In this document: piece by piece, positions 8,151-17,373 of the stretch
Position numbering within the stretch: the first letter of the stretch is position 1
Layout of the letters: every line of letters begins with the position of its first letter
Program-made: the position numbers and the translations under genes
The notes under the pieces: generated by a model
Seen by the model: only the letters and a program-made list of their open reading frames with translations
Told to the model about the DNA's origin: nothing
Database searches by the model: none
Assembly (NCBI GenBank): GCA_903923175.1
Contig: CAIXWQ010000822.1
Span: 1 to 48,732, forward strand
Direction: 5' to 3'
DNA length: 48,732 nt
Origin: an uncultured delta proteobacterium
Lineage (GTDB): Bacteria; Myxococcota_A; Polyangia; Polyangiales; JADJMO01

Positions 8151-9686
8151 ATGAAGCAGATCCTTTCCCTCGCCGTCGCCCTCCCCTTCGCGATGGTCGC
8201 CGCGTGCAGCAGCAGCGACACGACGGTCACGCCCGCCACCGACTCGGGCACCGACACGAACGTGATCACCGACTCCGGCAACGACGTCGCCACCGACACG
8301 CCGGTCGTGAACCCGCGCGCCGAGGCCTGCAAGACGGTGATCGAAGCGAAGAAGGCCAAGTACGCGACGGACCTCGCGACCTGGAAGAGCGACGACCTCG
8401 ACTCGATGTCGGCCACCAAGAACCCGCCCAAGGACTCGACGGGCGCCGTGGTCGGCCCCGACCACACGCTGTTCGCCGGCCGCTATCGCGACGACCTGAC
8501 CAAGCACCCGGGCTGCAAGCCGCAGACGGCCTACACCGGCAAGCTGTTCCTCAACACCAGCAACGAGGCCACCGTCGCCCCGGGCATCCCGGTGCAGGCG
8601 ACCACGTCGACGGCGCCGGGCTACGTGCCGGGCTTCGCCTGCGCGGCCAAGGAGTACTCGATGCCGACCGGCACCACGGTCGACGCGAGCAAGCCGATCG
8701 TCATCCTGGTCCACGGCAACAGCTCCAACCCGAACTCGTGGGAGGAGTTCTCGAACAGCAAGCTCACCGACGCCGATGGCGCCCTCGCCGGCGTGCAGCT
8801 CAAGTCGGCGTCCTCCTTCGAATTCACCGTCGACGCGACCACGCGCGAGATGCTCGCCTCCAAGCTCGTCAAGAAGGGCTACCGCGTCATCGCCGTCGAC
8901 CTGCGCACGGATCTCACGAAGACCCTCACCGGCGCGAACCTCACGGTCACGTACACCGACGCGGCGTACGGCGACGCGATCGGCAACGTCGACCACGGCT
9001 GGTCGGTGCCGATCCTCCAGTCGCTGATCAAGTCGGTGATGCTCGCCAACCCGACCGCCAAGGTCTCGCTGGTCGGCCACTCGCTCGGCTACACGGTCAT
9101 CCAGGACTCGATGCGTCGCCTCTACAAGGAGTACAAGGCCGGCACCTCGACGCTGAACCCCTTCGCGCACCTCAAGAGCGTGGTGCTCGCCTCGGGCGCG
9201 GCGCACGGCGTGGCGAACGGCACGTACAACTGCGGCAAGTACGTCACGATGCGCGGTTCGGTGAACTGCGAGATGGGCGATCGCGGGACCTACGTCGCGA
9301 CCGCCTTCAACAAGATCAACAACGGCCCCGGCGACATCTTCGCGACGCCCTGCGCGGACGGCTCGTTCGCGTTCGGCGCGGCCGATCAGTGCGGCGGCAA
9401 CGTCGTCGACTACTCGACGATCACCATGAAGGATCCGACCAGCGGCGCGCTGCAGGACGAGTTCGTGTCGACGGCGGCGGCCCGCCTCGACATGGACAAG
9501 AACCAGACGCTCGCCGACGGCACGCTGACGATCCTCGATCCGGCGTGCGTCGACAACCACCTCGACCTGCTGTCGGACTTCGACGGCTCGGGCTTCTTCA
9601 TGGACGGCGCGCCGGGCTTCCTCGCGAACCACTTCGGCTCGATCCGCTCCGAGGCGGGCATGACCTTCGTCCTCGGCAAGCTGTGA
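8151..9686 (+). CDS. Secreted lipoprotein alpha/beta hydrolase, lipase class 2 / PhaZ7-like (candidate PHA depolymerase)
   Basis: AGGAG SD, lipobox MVAAC, PIVILVHGNSS oxyanion motif, GHSLG nucleophile, candidate Asp (QDEFV) and His (NHFGS), and several Cys. The hydrolase call is solid; the substrate is inferred. Confidence 0.7.
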   Translation: MKQILSLAVALPFAMVAACSSSDTTVTPATDSGTDTNVITDSGNDVATDTPVVNPRAEACKTVIEAKKAKYATDLATWKSDDLDSMSATKNPPKDSTGAVVGPDHTLFAGRYRDDLTKHPGCKPQTAYTGKLFLNTSNEATVAPGIPVQATTSTAPGYVPGFACAAKEYSMPTGTTVDASKPIVILVHGNSSNPNSWEEFSNSKLTDADGALAGVQLKSASSFEFTVDATTREMLASKLVKKGYRVIAVDLRTDLTKTLTGANLTVTYTDAAYGDAIGNVDHGWSVPILQSLIKSVMLANPTAKVSLVGHSLGYTVIQDSMRRLYKEYKAGTSTLNPFAHLKSVVLASGAAHGVANGTYNCGKYVTMRGSVNCEMGDRGTYVATAFNKINNGPGDIFATPCADGSFAFGAADQCGGNVVDYSTITMKDPTSGALQDEFVSTAAARLDMDKNQTLADGTLTILDPACVDNHLDLLSDFDGSGFFMDGAPGFLANHFGSIRSEAGMTFVLGKL

Positions 9687-9726
9687 GCTGAGCGGCCGTC
9701 GCACTCGCGGGACTGGAGGCTTAGCC

Positions 9727-11043
9727 ATGAATGCCAAACGGATGGTGGTCGGGGGCTTCACGCTGCTGCTCGCGGCGCCGGGCGTCGCGTCGGCCCAGGA
9801 GGTCGGCGTGACCCCCAGCACCGAGGTGGTCCAGCCCGCGGGCGCGGCGGTGCAGCCGCGCTTCGCTCTGTATTACGACGAGAAGACGGGCACGCTCGTC
9901 AAGCCCGTCCTCGGCATCGCCGGGGGGTACAACCTCGAGTACCAGCGCAACGCGTTCCCCGGACAGGACTACAAGCTCGACCCGCTGAGCACGACGCTCG
10001 CGGTCTTCTCGTTCGGGCTCGAGGGGAAGATCGGCAAGTTCGCGAGCTTCCACACCGAGCTCCGGCGCGATCCGGGCGCCTACGGCACCAGCGTCTGGGA
10101 GGGGACCATCTCCCTCACGGCGATGGACAACTACCTGAAGGTCCAGCACACGATCGCGGGCGTCACCGGGAGCGTCGCGGCCGGCATCGTCACCGATCCG
10201 GCGAGCACGGACTTCTTCTCGCTCCACATGACCGACCTCTTCATGGCCGACGCGTACAGCCGCACGACGCTGCTGCACGCGGGGTTCAACCGGGGCCAGG
10301 GGCTCGTCGGGCAGCTGAACTGGAAGTGGCTCACGCTCGGGATGGCGGCGTCGGCGGGCAACCCGCTGGCGTCGTCCACCTCGTTCGGCTTCGGCGGCAA
10401 GGTCTCGCCGATCGGCACGCTGATCGACTACCCCCGTCGCAGCATCAGCGGCGGCAACCCGCAGCCGGGCATGGAGCTCGTGCTGCTCTCTCCGTCGCTG
10501 ACGTTCGAGCACAAGTACGTCGACGCGAAGATCGCCTTCCAGAAGTACCGGGTCAGCGTCGACACCGAGTCGCACGACGACGTGCCGCTGCGCGGCGAGC
10601 TCTATCGCGCCTCGGTGCGCGGCAAGATCCCGCTGTTCGGGACGGTGCTGATGCCGTTCTTCAACTACGCGTGGCGCCGCAACGACATGATCCTGCAGGC
10701 GACCTCGAGCCCCGATCCGACCAAGCGGGATCCCGACGACTACACGGCCACGGTCGTCTCGGGTGGCCTCGACTGGAACGTGTTCGGGTTGAGCGGCGTG
10801 GGCGTGAACTACGGCGTCGTCACGAACAAGACGGGCCTCCAGCCGAAGAACCGCCAGCAGTACCTCAACGTGGGGGCGACCTGGTGGTTCACCAGCATCA
10901 CCTCCGTCGGCCTGCGCTACGCGCGCATGATGACGTCGACCGAGGGCACGGACACCGCGGGCGCTCCCAACGGCACGTTCGGCTTCGCCGACGGCATCAA
11001 GGATCGCGACTCGTTCTTCGTCACGATGCGACTGGTGCTCTGA
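9727..11043 (+). CDS. Putative outer-membrane beta-barrel/porin-like protein
   Basis: GGAGG SD, Sec signal ending ASA-Q, many amphipathic aromatic beta-strands and terminal strand DSFFVTMRLVL. Confidence 0.6.
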   Translation: MNAKRMVVGGFTLLLAAPGVASAQEVGVTPSTEVVQPAGAAVQPRFALYYDEKTGTLVKPVLGIAGGYNLEYQRNAFPGQDYKLDPLSTTLAVFSFGLEGKIGKFASFHTELRRDPGAYGTSVWEGTISLTAMDNYLKVQHTIAGVTGSVAAGIVTDPASTDFFSLHMTDLFMADAYSRTTLLHAGFNRGQGLVGQLNWKWLTLGMAASAGNPLASSTSFGFGGKVSPIGTLIDYPRRSISGGNPQPGMELVLLSPSLTFEHKYVDAKIAFQKYRVSVDTESHDDVPLRGELYRASVRGKIPLFGTVLMPFFNYAWRRNDMILQATSSPDPTKRDPDDYTATVVSGGLDWNVFGLSGVGVNYGVVTNKTGLQPKNRQQYLNVGATWWFTSITSVGLRYARMMTSTEGTDTAGAPNGTFGFADGIKDRDSFFVTMRLVL

Positions 11044-11230
11044 ACCGGTCGAGGGCGCCGGGCTTCGCGTCGTCGAACCCGGAGTCCTCCCTTCGACCCA
11101 TGGCCGAGCTCGACGGCGAGCTCCGCGAGTCGAGAACCCTGCGCGGCGAATTCGGGTACGATTCGCCGCGCTCCAACCACGAGCCGACGGCCCCCGCGCC
11201 GTGGCCGACCCATCGCGCGCGAGGTGCCGA

Positions 11231-12541
11231 ATGAGCCGCTGGAACGAAGTCCTGAGGCAGAAGACGATCTCCATCGAGGAGGCCGTCCGGATGGTGAAGT
11301 CCCACGACGACGTGATCGTGGGGCAGTGCGCCTCCGAGCCCCAGGGGCTGATGGGCAAGCTCCACCTCATCAAGGATCAGGTCGAGGACGTGAAGGTGTT
11401 CAGCGTGCTCACGCTGAACCCCTATCCGTTCTACATGACCGCCGAGATGAAGGGGCACTTCGAGCTCTGTAGCTGGTTCCACGCGCCGGGCTCGCGCGCG
11501 GCGCTGGCCGCGGGCGCCGGCACCGTGACCTACGTGCCGAACATGCTCCACCGCGCGGGGCTCGATCGCATGCACGCGAAGAAGCCGAACGTCTTCTTCG
11601 GCACGTGCACGCCGATGGACTCGAAGGGCTTCGTCTCGCTCTCGCTCGGCGTCACCTACGAGAAGGACGTCCTCGAGAACGCCGATCTGGTCATCCTCGA
11701 GATCAACGAGCGGCTCCCCCGCACCTTCGGCGACACCCACGTCCACGTGAGCGACGTGCACCACTTCGTCGAGAACACGCAGGAGGTCCCCTTCCTGCCG
11801 GCGCCGAACCCCGGCCCCACCGACCTCGCGATCGGCGACTACATCGCGGAGCTCGTGCCCGACGAGGCGACCATCCAGCTCGGGATCGGCGGCATCCCGA
11901 ACGCGGCGGCGCTCGCGCTCAAGTCGAAGAAGAACCTCGGCGTGCACACCGAGATGCTCGTCGACTCGATGATGGAGCTCTACGAGGCCGGCGTGATCAC
12001 GAACAAGAAGAAGGCGTTCATGAAGGACAAGTTCCTCTGCACCTTCGCCATGGGCTCACGCAAGCTCTACGACTGGCTCGACGACAACATGGCCGTCGAG
12101 TTCCGCCGCGGCGCGTGGGTCAACGATCCGTTCGTGCTCCGCCAGAACTCGAAGATGGTGTCGATCAACACCTGCTTGATGGTCGACTTCACCGGCCAGG
12201 TCGCGAGCGAGGGGATCGGCACGCAGCAGTACTCGGGCACCGGCGGCCAGGCCGACACGGCCATCGGCGCGCGCGAAGGCTACGACGGCAAGGGGAAGTC
12301 GATCATCGCCTGCGCCTCGACCGCCAAGAAGGGCACCGTCAGCACCATCTGCGCGACGCTCCCCGAGGGGACGCCCGTCACGCTCCACCGCGCAGACGTC
12401 GATCACGTCGTGACCGAGCACGGCATCGCCTATCTCCGAGGGCGCACGGTGCGCGAGCGCACCCGCGCGCTGATCGCCATCGCCGACCCGAAGTTCCGCG
12501 AGGAGCTCACGGCGAAGGCGCGAACGATCGGCTACCTCTGA
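11231..12541 (+). CDS. Acetyl-CoA hydrolase/transferase family CoA-transferase (4-hydroxybutyrate CoA-transferase-like)
   Basis: GAGGT SD. TIQLGIGGIPNA, LGVHTEM (catalytic Glu), SINTCLMVDFTGQVASE, SGTGGQAD and VVTEHGIAYLRG motifs. Confidence 0.93.
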   Translation: MSRWNEVLRQKTISIEEAVRMVKSHDDVIVGQCASEPQGLMGKLHLIKDQVEDVKVFSVLTLNPYPFYMTAEMKGHFELCSWFHAPGSRAALAAGAGTVTYVPNMLHRAGLDRMHAKKPNVFFGTCTPMDSKGFVSLSLGVTYEKDVLENADLVILEINERLPRTFGDTHVHVSDVHHFVENTQEVPFLPAPNPGPTDLAIGDYIAELVPDEATIQLGIGGIPNAAALALKSKKNLGVHTEMLVDSMMELYEAGVITNKKKAFMKDKFLCTFAMGSRKLYDWLDDNMAVEFRRGAWVNDPFVLRQNSKMVSINTCLMVDFTGQVASEGIGTQQYSGTGGQADTAIGAREGYDGKGKSIIACASTAKKGTVSTICATLPEGTPVTLHRADVDHVVTEHGIAYLRGRTVRERTRALIAIADPKFREELTAKARTIGYL

Positions 12542-12569
12542 TACGACTCGCTACGCTCACGTCCGTCTC

Positions 12570-12617
12570 GAGGCTCGCCTCCGCGCAATGGAGGCGAGCC
12601 TCTCTCGCGCAGAGAGG
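12570..12617 (+). other. Two overlapping RNA hairpins in front of the phaC-like gene
   Basis: 13-bp perfect stem GAGGCTCGCCTCC/GGAGGCGAGCCTC (12570-12602) overlaps a 7-bp stem CCTCTCT/AGAGAGG (12599-12617) that covers the SD. Confidence 0.55.
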
Positions 12618-12624
12618 TCCGCCC

Positions 12625-14091
12625 ATGTCCGACGAGAAGAGCGCCCCCGCCGCCCTGGGCGCGCAGCCGACGATGCCGATGCCGATGCCGATGATCGACG
12701 GGCTCGTGCGACGGACCAGCCAGGCCGTGCTCGGCAAGCTCGCGAGCGCGACCTCGCAGGTGGTGGAGGAGGCGCTGCGCGCCGCGCGGGCGAGCCTCTA
12801 CTTCACCAGCCACACGATCGACGGCAACGTCCTGCCGACCTTGAAGAGCCTCTCGGAGATCCGCCAGGACATCGAGGAGTCGTGGCTCGAGACCGTGAAC
12901 GGCAAGAAGCAGCTCGGCGAGCACCTCACCGACAGGGGGGGCCGCGTCGACGCGGGCCGTCGCTACAAGAAGCTGGTGCACGAGCTCGGTGGCTCGCTCT
13001 TCGGCTCGGCGGTCTACGACGACGAGGAGGTGCTGCTCGCCAACGACGTCTACAAGCTCAGCTACCTCCCGCCGAAGCAGGGCGTCCCGGTCGCCGAGAC
13101 GGCGGTCTTCTTCCTCGCGGGGTTCATCCCCTACGGCGATCGCCTGTTCCGCTTCCTGCCCGAGGCGAACCTCTTCGATCGGTTCCTCGAGCGCGGCATC
13201 CCCGTCTACCTGATGGAGCTCGTCGGGGACAAAGACGAGATGCGCAACATGGGCCAGGTCACGGTCGATCGGCAGATCGACTGGATCGACGAGATGGCGG
13301 GCGTCGCGTTCCGGCACAACCGTGAGCGCAAGATGATCGCCATCGGCTACTGCGGCAGCGGGCTGCAGCTCGTCGCCTACCTGGCCGCCCGCACGCGCGA
13401 CGCCGACGCGAAGTTCAAGACGGCGAGCATCTTCGTCACGCCGGTCGACGCGGCCAAGTGCAACATCCTCGCGGAGATGGTGGCGAACCTCCCGCGCTCG
13501 CTGATCTGGACGGCCTTCCAGCGCTCGCAGCTCCTCGGCGGCTATCTCAAGGGGATCGAGATGTGGGCCGCGCTCGACACCTCGCTGAAGAACGTCTTCG
13601 CGAAGACCTCGATCGGGCGCTTCGCCTCCGGCTGGAAGAAGCCTGCGTACGCGAAGGTGCACTTCCTCGCCGACCTCGAGCCGAAGCAGCGCTTCGAGCT
13701 CGCCGCCGCCTACTGGATCTCGGTGAAGAACGCCGAGCGCTACCCGCTCCCCGTCGATCTCGCGCGTCGCGCGAGCTACCTGTACGACAAGGGGGTCGGC
13801 GCGGACGGCTACCTCGGCTTCGAGCACCGCGGAAAGCGCGTGACGCTGACGTCGATCCTCACCGACTCGAGCCTCCGCGTGACGGCCTTCTTCGCCGGCC
13901 TCGACCCGCTCGTGCAGCCCGAGTCGGGGCACGTGCTCAAGAAGATCCTCGGCGATCGCTACCAGCAGATCTCGCACCCGACCGCCGCGCACGTCTCGTA
14001 CATCTGCTTCCCCGCGCAGTGGGACACGGCGAACCCGGGGGCGTTCCTCCCCAACCCGATCGACGTGCTGCTCGCCGACTACGCGAAGTAG
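12625..14091 (+). CDS. Divergent PHA synthase (PhaC)-like alpha/beta protein with Cys nucleophile
   Basis: IGYCGSG lipase box (PhaC has GYCxGG). YLPP...FFLAGFIPYGDRLFRFLPEANLFDRFLERGIPVYLMEL aligns with the PhaC P.INKYYILDL.PENS.V...G..VF segment. Also FVTPVD, AGLDPLV (Asp) and AAHVSY (His). Context is phaR plus a CoA-transferase. Confidence 0.72.
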   Translation: MSDEKSAPAALGAQPTMPMPMPMIDGLVRRTSQAVLGKLASATSQVVEEALRAARASLYFTSHTIDGNVLPTLKSLSEIRQDIEESWLETVNGKKQLGEHLTDRGGRVDAGRRYKKLVHELGGSLFGSAVYDDEEVLLANDVYKLSYLPPKQGVPVAETAVFFLAGFIPYGDRLFRFLPEANLFDRFLERGIPVYLMELVGDKDEMRNMGQVTVDRQIDWIDEMAGVAFRHNRERKMIAIGYCGSGLQLVAYLAARTRDADAKFKTASIFVTPVDAAKCNILAEMVANLPRSLIWTAFQRSQLLGGYLKGIEMWAALDTSLKNVFAKTSIGRFASGWKKPAYAKVHFLADLEPKQRFELAAAYWISVKNAERYPLPVDLARRASYLYDKGVGADGYLGFEHRGKRVTLTSILTDSSLRVTAFFAGLDPLVQPESGHVLKKILGDRYQQISHPTAAHVSYICFPAQWDTANPGAFLPNPIDVLLADYAK

Positions 14092-14110
14092 GCGCGACCG
14101 CGCGCGCGGC

Positions 14111-15124
14111 TCACCCGCACCGCATCATCGTGCACTTGCCGCTCGCGCAGTCGGCCGGGCTGGTGCACGGCTGGCCGGCGGCGGCGAGGCAGCTCCCCTT
14201 GCCGTCGCACACCGAGAGGCCGGCGCAGACGGGGGCGGTGTCGATCTGCCCCGCGCCGATCGGCTTGCAGGTGCCGAACACGCCGGCGAGGCTGCACGCG
14301 TAGCACGGGCTGTCGCACGCGGTGTCGCAGCAGACGCCGTCGGCGCAGCTCCCCGAGAGGCACTGCGACGCCGAGATGCACGCCGTGCCGTTGGGGTGGA
14401 GGCAGGTGCCCGAGCCCGAGCAAGCATTGGCGCCCGCGCAGCTGGCCGCGGGGAAGTCGTCGGGCTCCCCCGCCGGGATCGGGCTGCAAGCGCCGAGGTG
14501 CCCCGCGACGTCGCACGCCTGACAGACGCCGCCGCATCCGCTGTCGCAGCAGACGCCGTCGACGCAGTACGGCGACGCGCACTGCGCGGGGCTCGTGCAC
14601 GGCTGGCCGAGCGCGCCGATGCAGCCGCCGACGCCGTTGCAGCTGTGCGCGCCGTCGCAGCTGCCGGGGTCGGGCGCGCCGCTGGCGATCCAGCGGCAGT
14701 AGCCCGCCGTTCCCACGCCGTTGCACGCGAGGCACGCCGTGGCGCACGCGGTCTCGCAGCAGACGCCGTCGACGCAGTGCTTGGTCGCGCACTCCGTCTG
14801 GGCGCCGCAGGCGGTGCCGAGCGCCTTCGGCGGGCCGTCGTACGGGGGCGCGTCGGCGAGCACGTCGACGAGGGCGTCGGCGGTGTCTGCCGCGTCGGCC
14901 GCGTCGGCGTCGGAGGTCGCGTCTTGCGCGAGGGCGTCTGCCTCGTTCGTGTCGGCGCCCGTGTCGGGCCTCGCGGTCGCGAAGGTGTCCTCGTCGCTCG
15001 CGTCGTCGGCCGTCGCGTCGTGGCCGAGGAAGTCGTCGCCGTTCCCACCGAGCCCGCTCGCCCACCCGCCGCAGCCGGCGAGCGAGACGGCGAACACCAG
15101 AGGCGACCACTGCAAGCCACGCAT
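14111..15124 (-). CDS. Cys-rich repeat lipoprotein (myxobacterial CxDGVCC repeats)
   Basis: Lipobox SLAGC, Asp/Ala linker and three ~58-aa repeats G.aC...QC.S..CvDGVCCd..C...C.AC...G..G.C..I. Confidence 0.82.
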   Translation of the reverse strand: MRGLQWSPLVFAVSLAGCGGWASGLGGNGDDFLGHDATADDASDEDTFATARPDTGADTNEADALAQDATSDADAADAADTADALVDVLADAPPYDGPPKALGTACGAQTECATKHCVDGVCCETACATACLACNGVGTAGYCRWIASGAPDPGSCDGAHSCNGVGGCIGALGQPCTSPAQCASPYCVDGVCCDSGCGGVCQACDVAGHLGACSPIPAGEPDDFPAASCAGANACSGSGTCLHPNGTACISASQCLSGSCADGVCCDTACDSPCYACSLAGVFGTCKPIGAGQIDTAPVCAGLSVCDGKGSCLAAAGQPCTSPADCASGKCTMMRCG

Positions 15125-15263
15125 CCGACCAGGGTAGCGCGCGCGGCGGGCGGGCCGTGCGCAGAGCGTCCAGCGGCCCCCGCGCGGATCGCGATGGCTC
15201 TGCCATGCGCGGGTCGGCGCGACCGAAGCGCGTCGCGTGCTACGATCTCCGGGAGTCGCCTCG

Positions 15264-17312
15264 ATGCGTTCCCTCCCCGAGCTGACCAGCGGCGCCGTCT
15301 TCGCGGAGAAATACCGTGTGGAGCGGCGGCTGGCGACGGGAGGTATGGGATCCGTCTACGAGGTGCGCCACGTAGTTCACCACAAGCGCTACGCGCTCAA
15401 GCTCATGCACCCCGAGCTCGCGGCGGACGACGAGGCGCGTGCCCGCTTCGTGCGCGAGGCGCAGATCGACGCGTTGATCGAGAGCGCCTATGTCGTGTCG
15501 GTCGTCGACGCGGGGGTCGACGCGGCGACCGAGACGCCGTTCCTGGTGATGGAGTTCCTCGTCGGCGAGGAGCTCGGCGACATGCTCAAGCGCGGCCAGC
15601 GCGTGCCGCCCGATCGCCTCGTGCGCTGGCTCGCCCAGGTCGCGCGCGCGCTCGACAAGGCGCACGCCAAGGGGATCGTCCACCGCGACCTCAAGCCCGA
15701 GAACCTCTTCCTCACGATCAGCGACGACGAGGGGGAGAAGATCAAGGTCCTCGATTTCGGCATCGCGAAGTGGCTCGAGGCGGCCTCGCAGTCGTCGACG
15801 CTCGGCGGCGGCACGCCCCTGTTCATGGCGCCGGAGCAGACGCGCCGCGGCCGCGAGATCGGCCCGTGGACCGACATCTGGGCGCTCGGGCTGCTCGCGT
15901 ACGTCCTGCTCGTCGGCCGGCCGTACTGGCGCGCGCAGACCATCGGCGAGCTCTACGGCGAGCTGCTCGATCCGAGCGGCCGCGAGCCTCCGTCGGTGCG
16001 GTCGGCGGGGCTCGGCGTGAGCCTCCCGCCGTCGTTCGACGCGTGGTTCTTCCGCTGCGTCGACAACGATCCGCGCCAGCGCTTCGGCCGCGCCAGCGAG
16101 GCGATCGACCAGCTCGCGGCGGCGCTCGGCGTGCCGGCCTCGACGCGCGCGTGGCAGCACGGCTCGCTCGCCCCTTCGCCGATGAGCCCGCGGCAGGTGT
16201 CGAGCGCGCCGAACGCGCCGCTGATCTCGAGCGCGCCGAGCGCGCCGAGCTCCCCGTACCTGGCGAACGTGCCCGGCCCTGCGCGGCTGCCGAGCGATCT
16301 CGGCGTGCCCGACACGCGCGGCTACGGCGGCGCGCACGGCCCCACGGCCCCCTCGGGCGGGTGGGGCGCGCCGCCTGCGCCCGCCGCGACCCCCGTCTTC
16401 GTGCCGCCGCCTCCGTACCCGGGCGCGCCGTCGAACACCGCGTCGCCCTTCAGCCGCACCGAGGCCTCGACCCCGACGGCGCCCACGCGGCGCTCCGCTC
16501 TGCCGCTCGTCGCCGGGGGCGTGCTTCTGCTCGGGCTCGGCGTCGGCGGCGTCGCGTGGTTCGGGCGCGAGCCGCCGCGACCCAAGCCCAAGGGCTCGGT
16601 CGTCGAGCAGCTGCCGAGCGCCGGCGTGAGCGCGAGCCCGCTCACGAGCACGCACGCGAGCGTCGCGCGCAACGATGCCTTGGCGGATCTGCGCGCGCAG
16701 ATCGAGCTCGGCAATCCGTTCGTCGCGCTCGGCGGCTTCTCGCTGCAGCGCACCGAGGTCACGCGCGCGCAGTTCGGCGCGTACGTGGCGGCCATCCCGG
16801 AGCACGAGCGGGCCGCGGCGCGGCCGCTGCGCGACTGGACCGGAGAGCCCGTCGAGGACGCGACCGCCAACCACCCGGTCACGTGGGTCTCGTTCGCGCG
16901 CGCGCAGCGGTTCTGCAAGGCGATCGACGCACGGCTCCCGCGCGGCGAGGAGCTCGAGGGCGCCGCGGGCGGCGCCGGCCGCTACCCGTGGGGCACGGCC
17001 TACCCGCCGCCCAAGCTCGCCGACGTCGCCGTCGCGCGGGGTGAGCAGGCGCTGGTCGTCGACGTGGGGACCTCGCCCGCCGATCGCACCGCCAAGGGGA
17101 TCCTCGATCTGTTCGGCAACGCCGCGGAGTGGACCGGCCCCGAGAGCGGCGGGCTCGCGTACGTGCGCGGCGCGTCGATCGACCTGCCGCTGGCCGACGC
17201 CAAGATCGCGTTGGCGTTCGGCTTCCAGAAGATCGCCGACGAGCCGAAGGAGCCGCGCGCGCACGCCGACGAGCTCGCCGACGAGACGCTCGGCTTCCGC
17301 TGCGCGCGGTGA
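15264..17312 (+). CDS. Membrane Ser/Thr protein kinase with C-terminal FGE-sulfatase-like domain
   Basis: LATGGMGSVY, ALK, HRDLKPEN, DFG and APE motifs, Pro-rich linker, TM helix, then TEVT...HPVTWVSF...RLP...RYPWG...DLFGNAAEW...GFRCAR. Confidence 0.93.
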   Translation: MRSLPELTSGAVFAEKYRVERRLATGGMGSVYEVRHVVHHKRYALKLMHPELAADDEARARFVREAQIDALIESAYVVSVVDAGVDAATETPFLVMEFLVGEELGDMLKRGQRVPPDRLVRWLAQVARALDKAHAKGIVHRDLKPENLFLTISDDEGEKIKVLDFGIAKWLEAASQSSTLGGGTPLFMAPEQTRRGREIGPWTDIWALGLLAYVLLVGRPYWRAQTIGELYGELLDPSGREPPSVRSAGLGVSLPPSFDAWFFRCVDNDPRQRFGRASEAIDQLAAALGVPASTRAWQHGSLAPSPMSPRQVSSAPNAPLISSAPSAPSSPYLANVPGPARLPSDLGVPDTRGYGGAHGPTAPSGGWGAPPAPAATPVFVPPPPYPGAPSNTASPFSRTEASTPTAPTRRSALPLVAGGVLLLGLGVGGVAWFGREPPRPKPKGSVVEQLPSAGVSASPLTSTHASVARNDALADLRAQIELGNPFVALGGFSLQRTEVTRAQFGAYVAAIPEHERAAARPLRDWTGEPVEDATANHPVTWVSFARAQRFCKAIDARLPRGEELEGAAGGAGRYPWGTAYPPPKLADVAVARGEQALVVDVGTSPADRTAKGILDLFGNAAEWTGPESGGLAYVRGASIDLPLADAKIALAFGFQKIADEPKEPRAHADELADETLGFRCAR

Positions 17313-17373
17313 GGCGCGCGCGCGTCGGTTGCATGAGCTTCGCCCCTCGGCCGTCCAACCCGCTCCAAGCCCG

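Noticed and set aside
14111-15124. Cys-rich repeat protein as a novel system component
   Set aside because: CxDGVCC disulfide-rich repeat lipoproteins are abundant in this lineage. The gene is convergent to the PHA operon with no evidence of a link.
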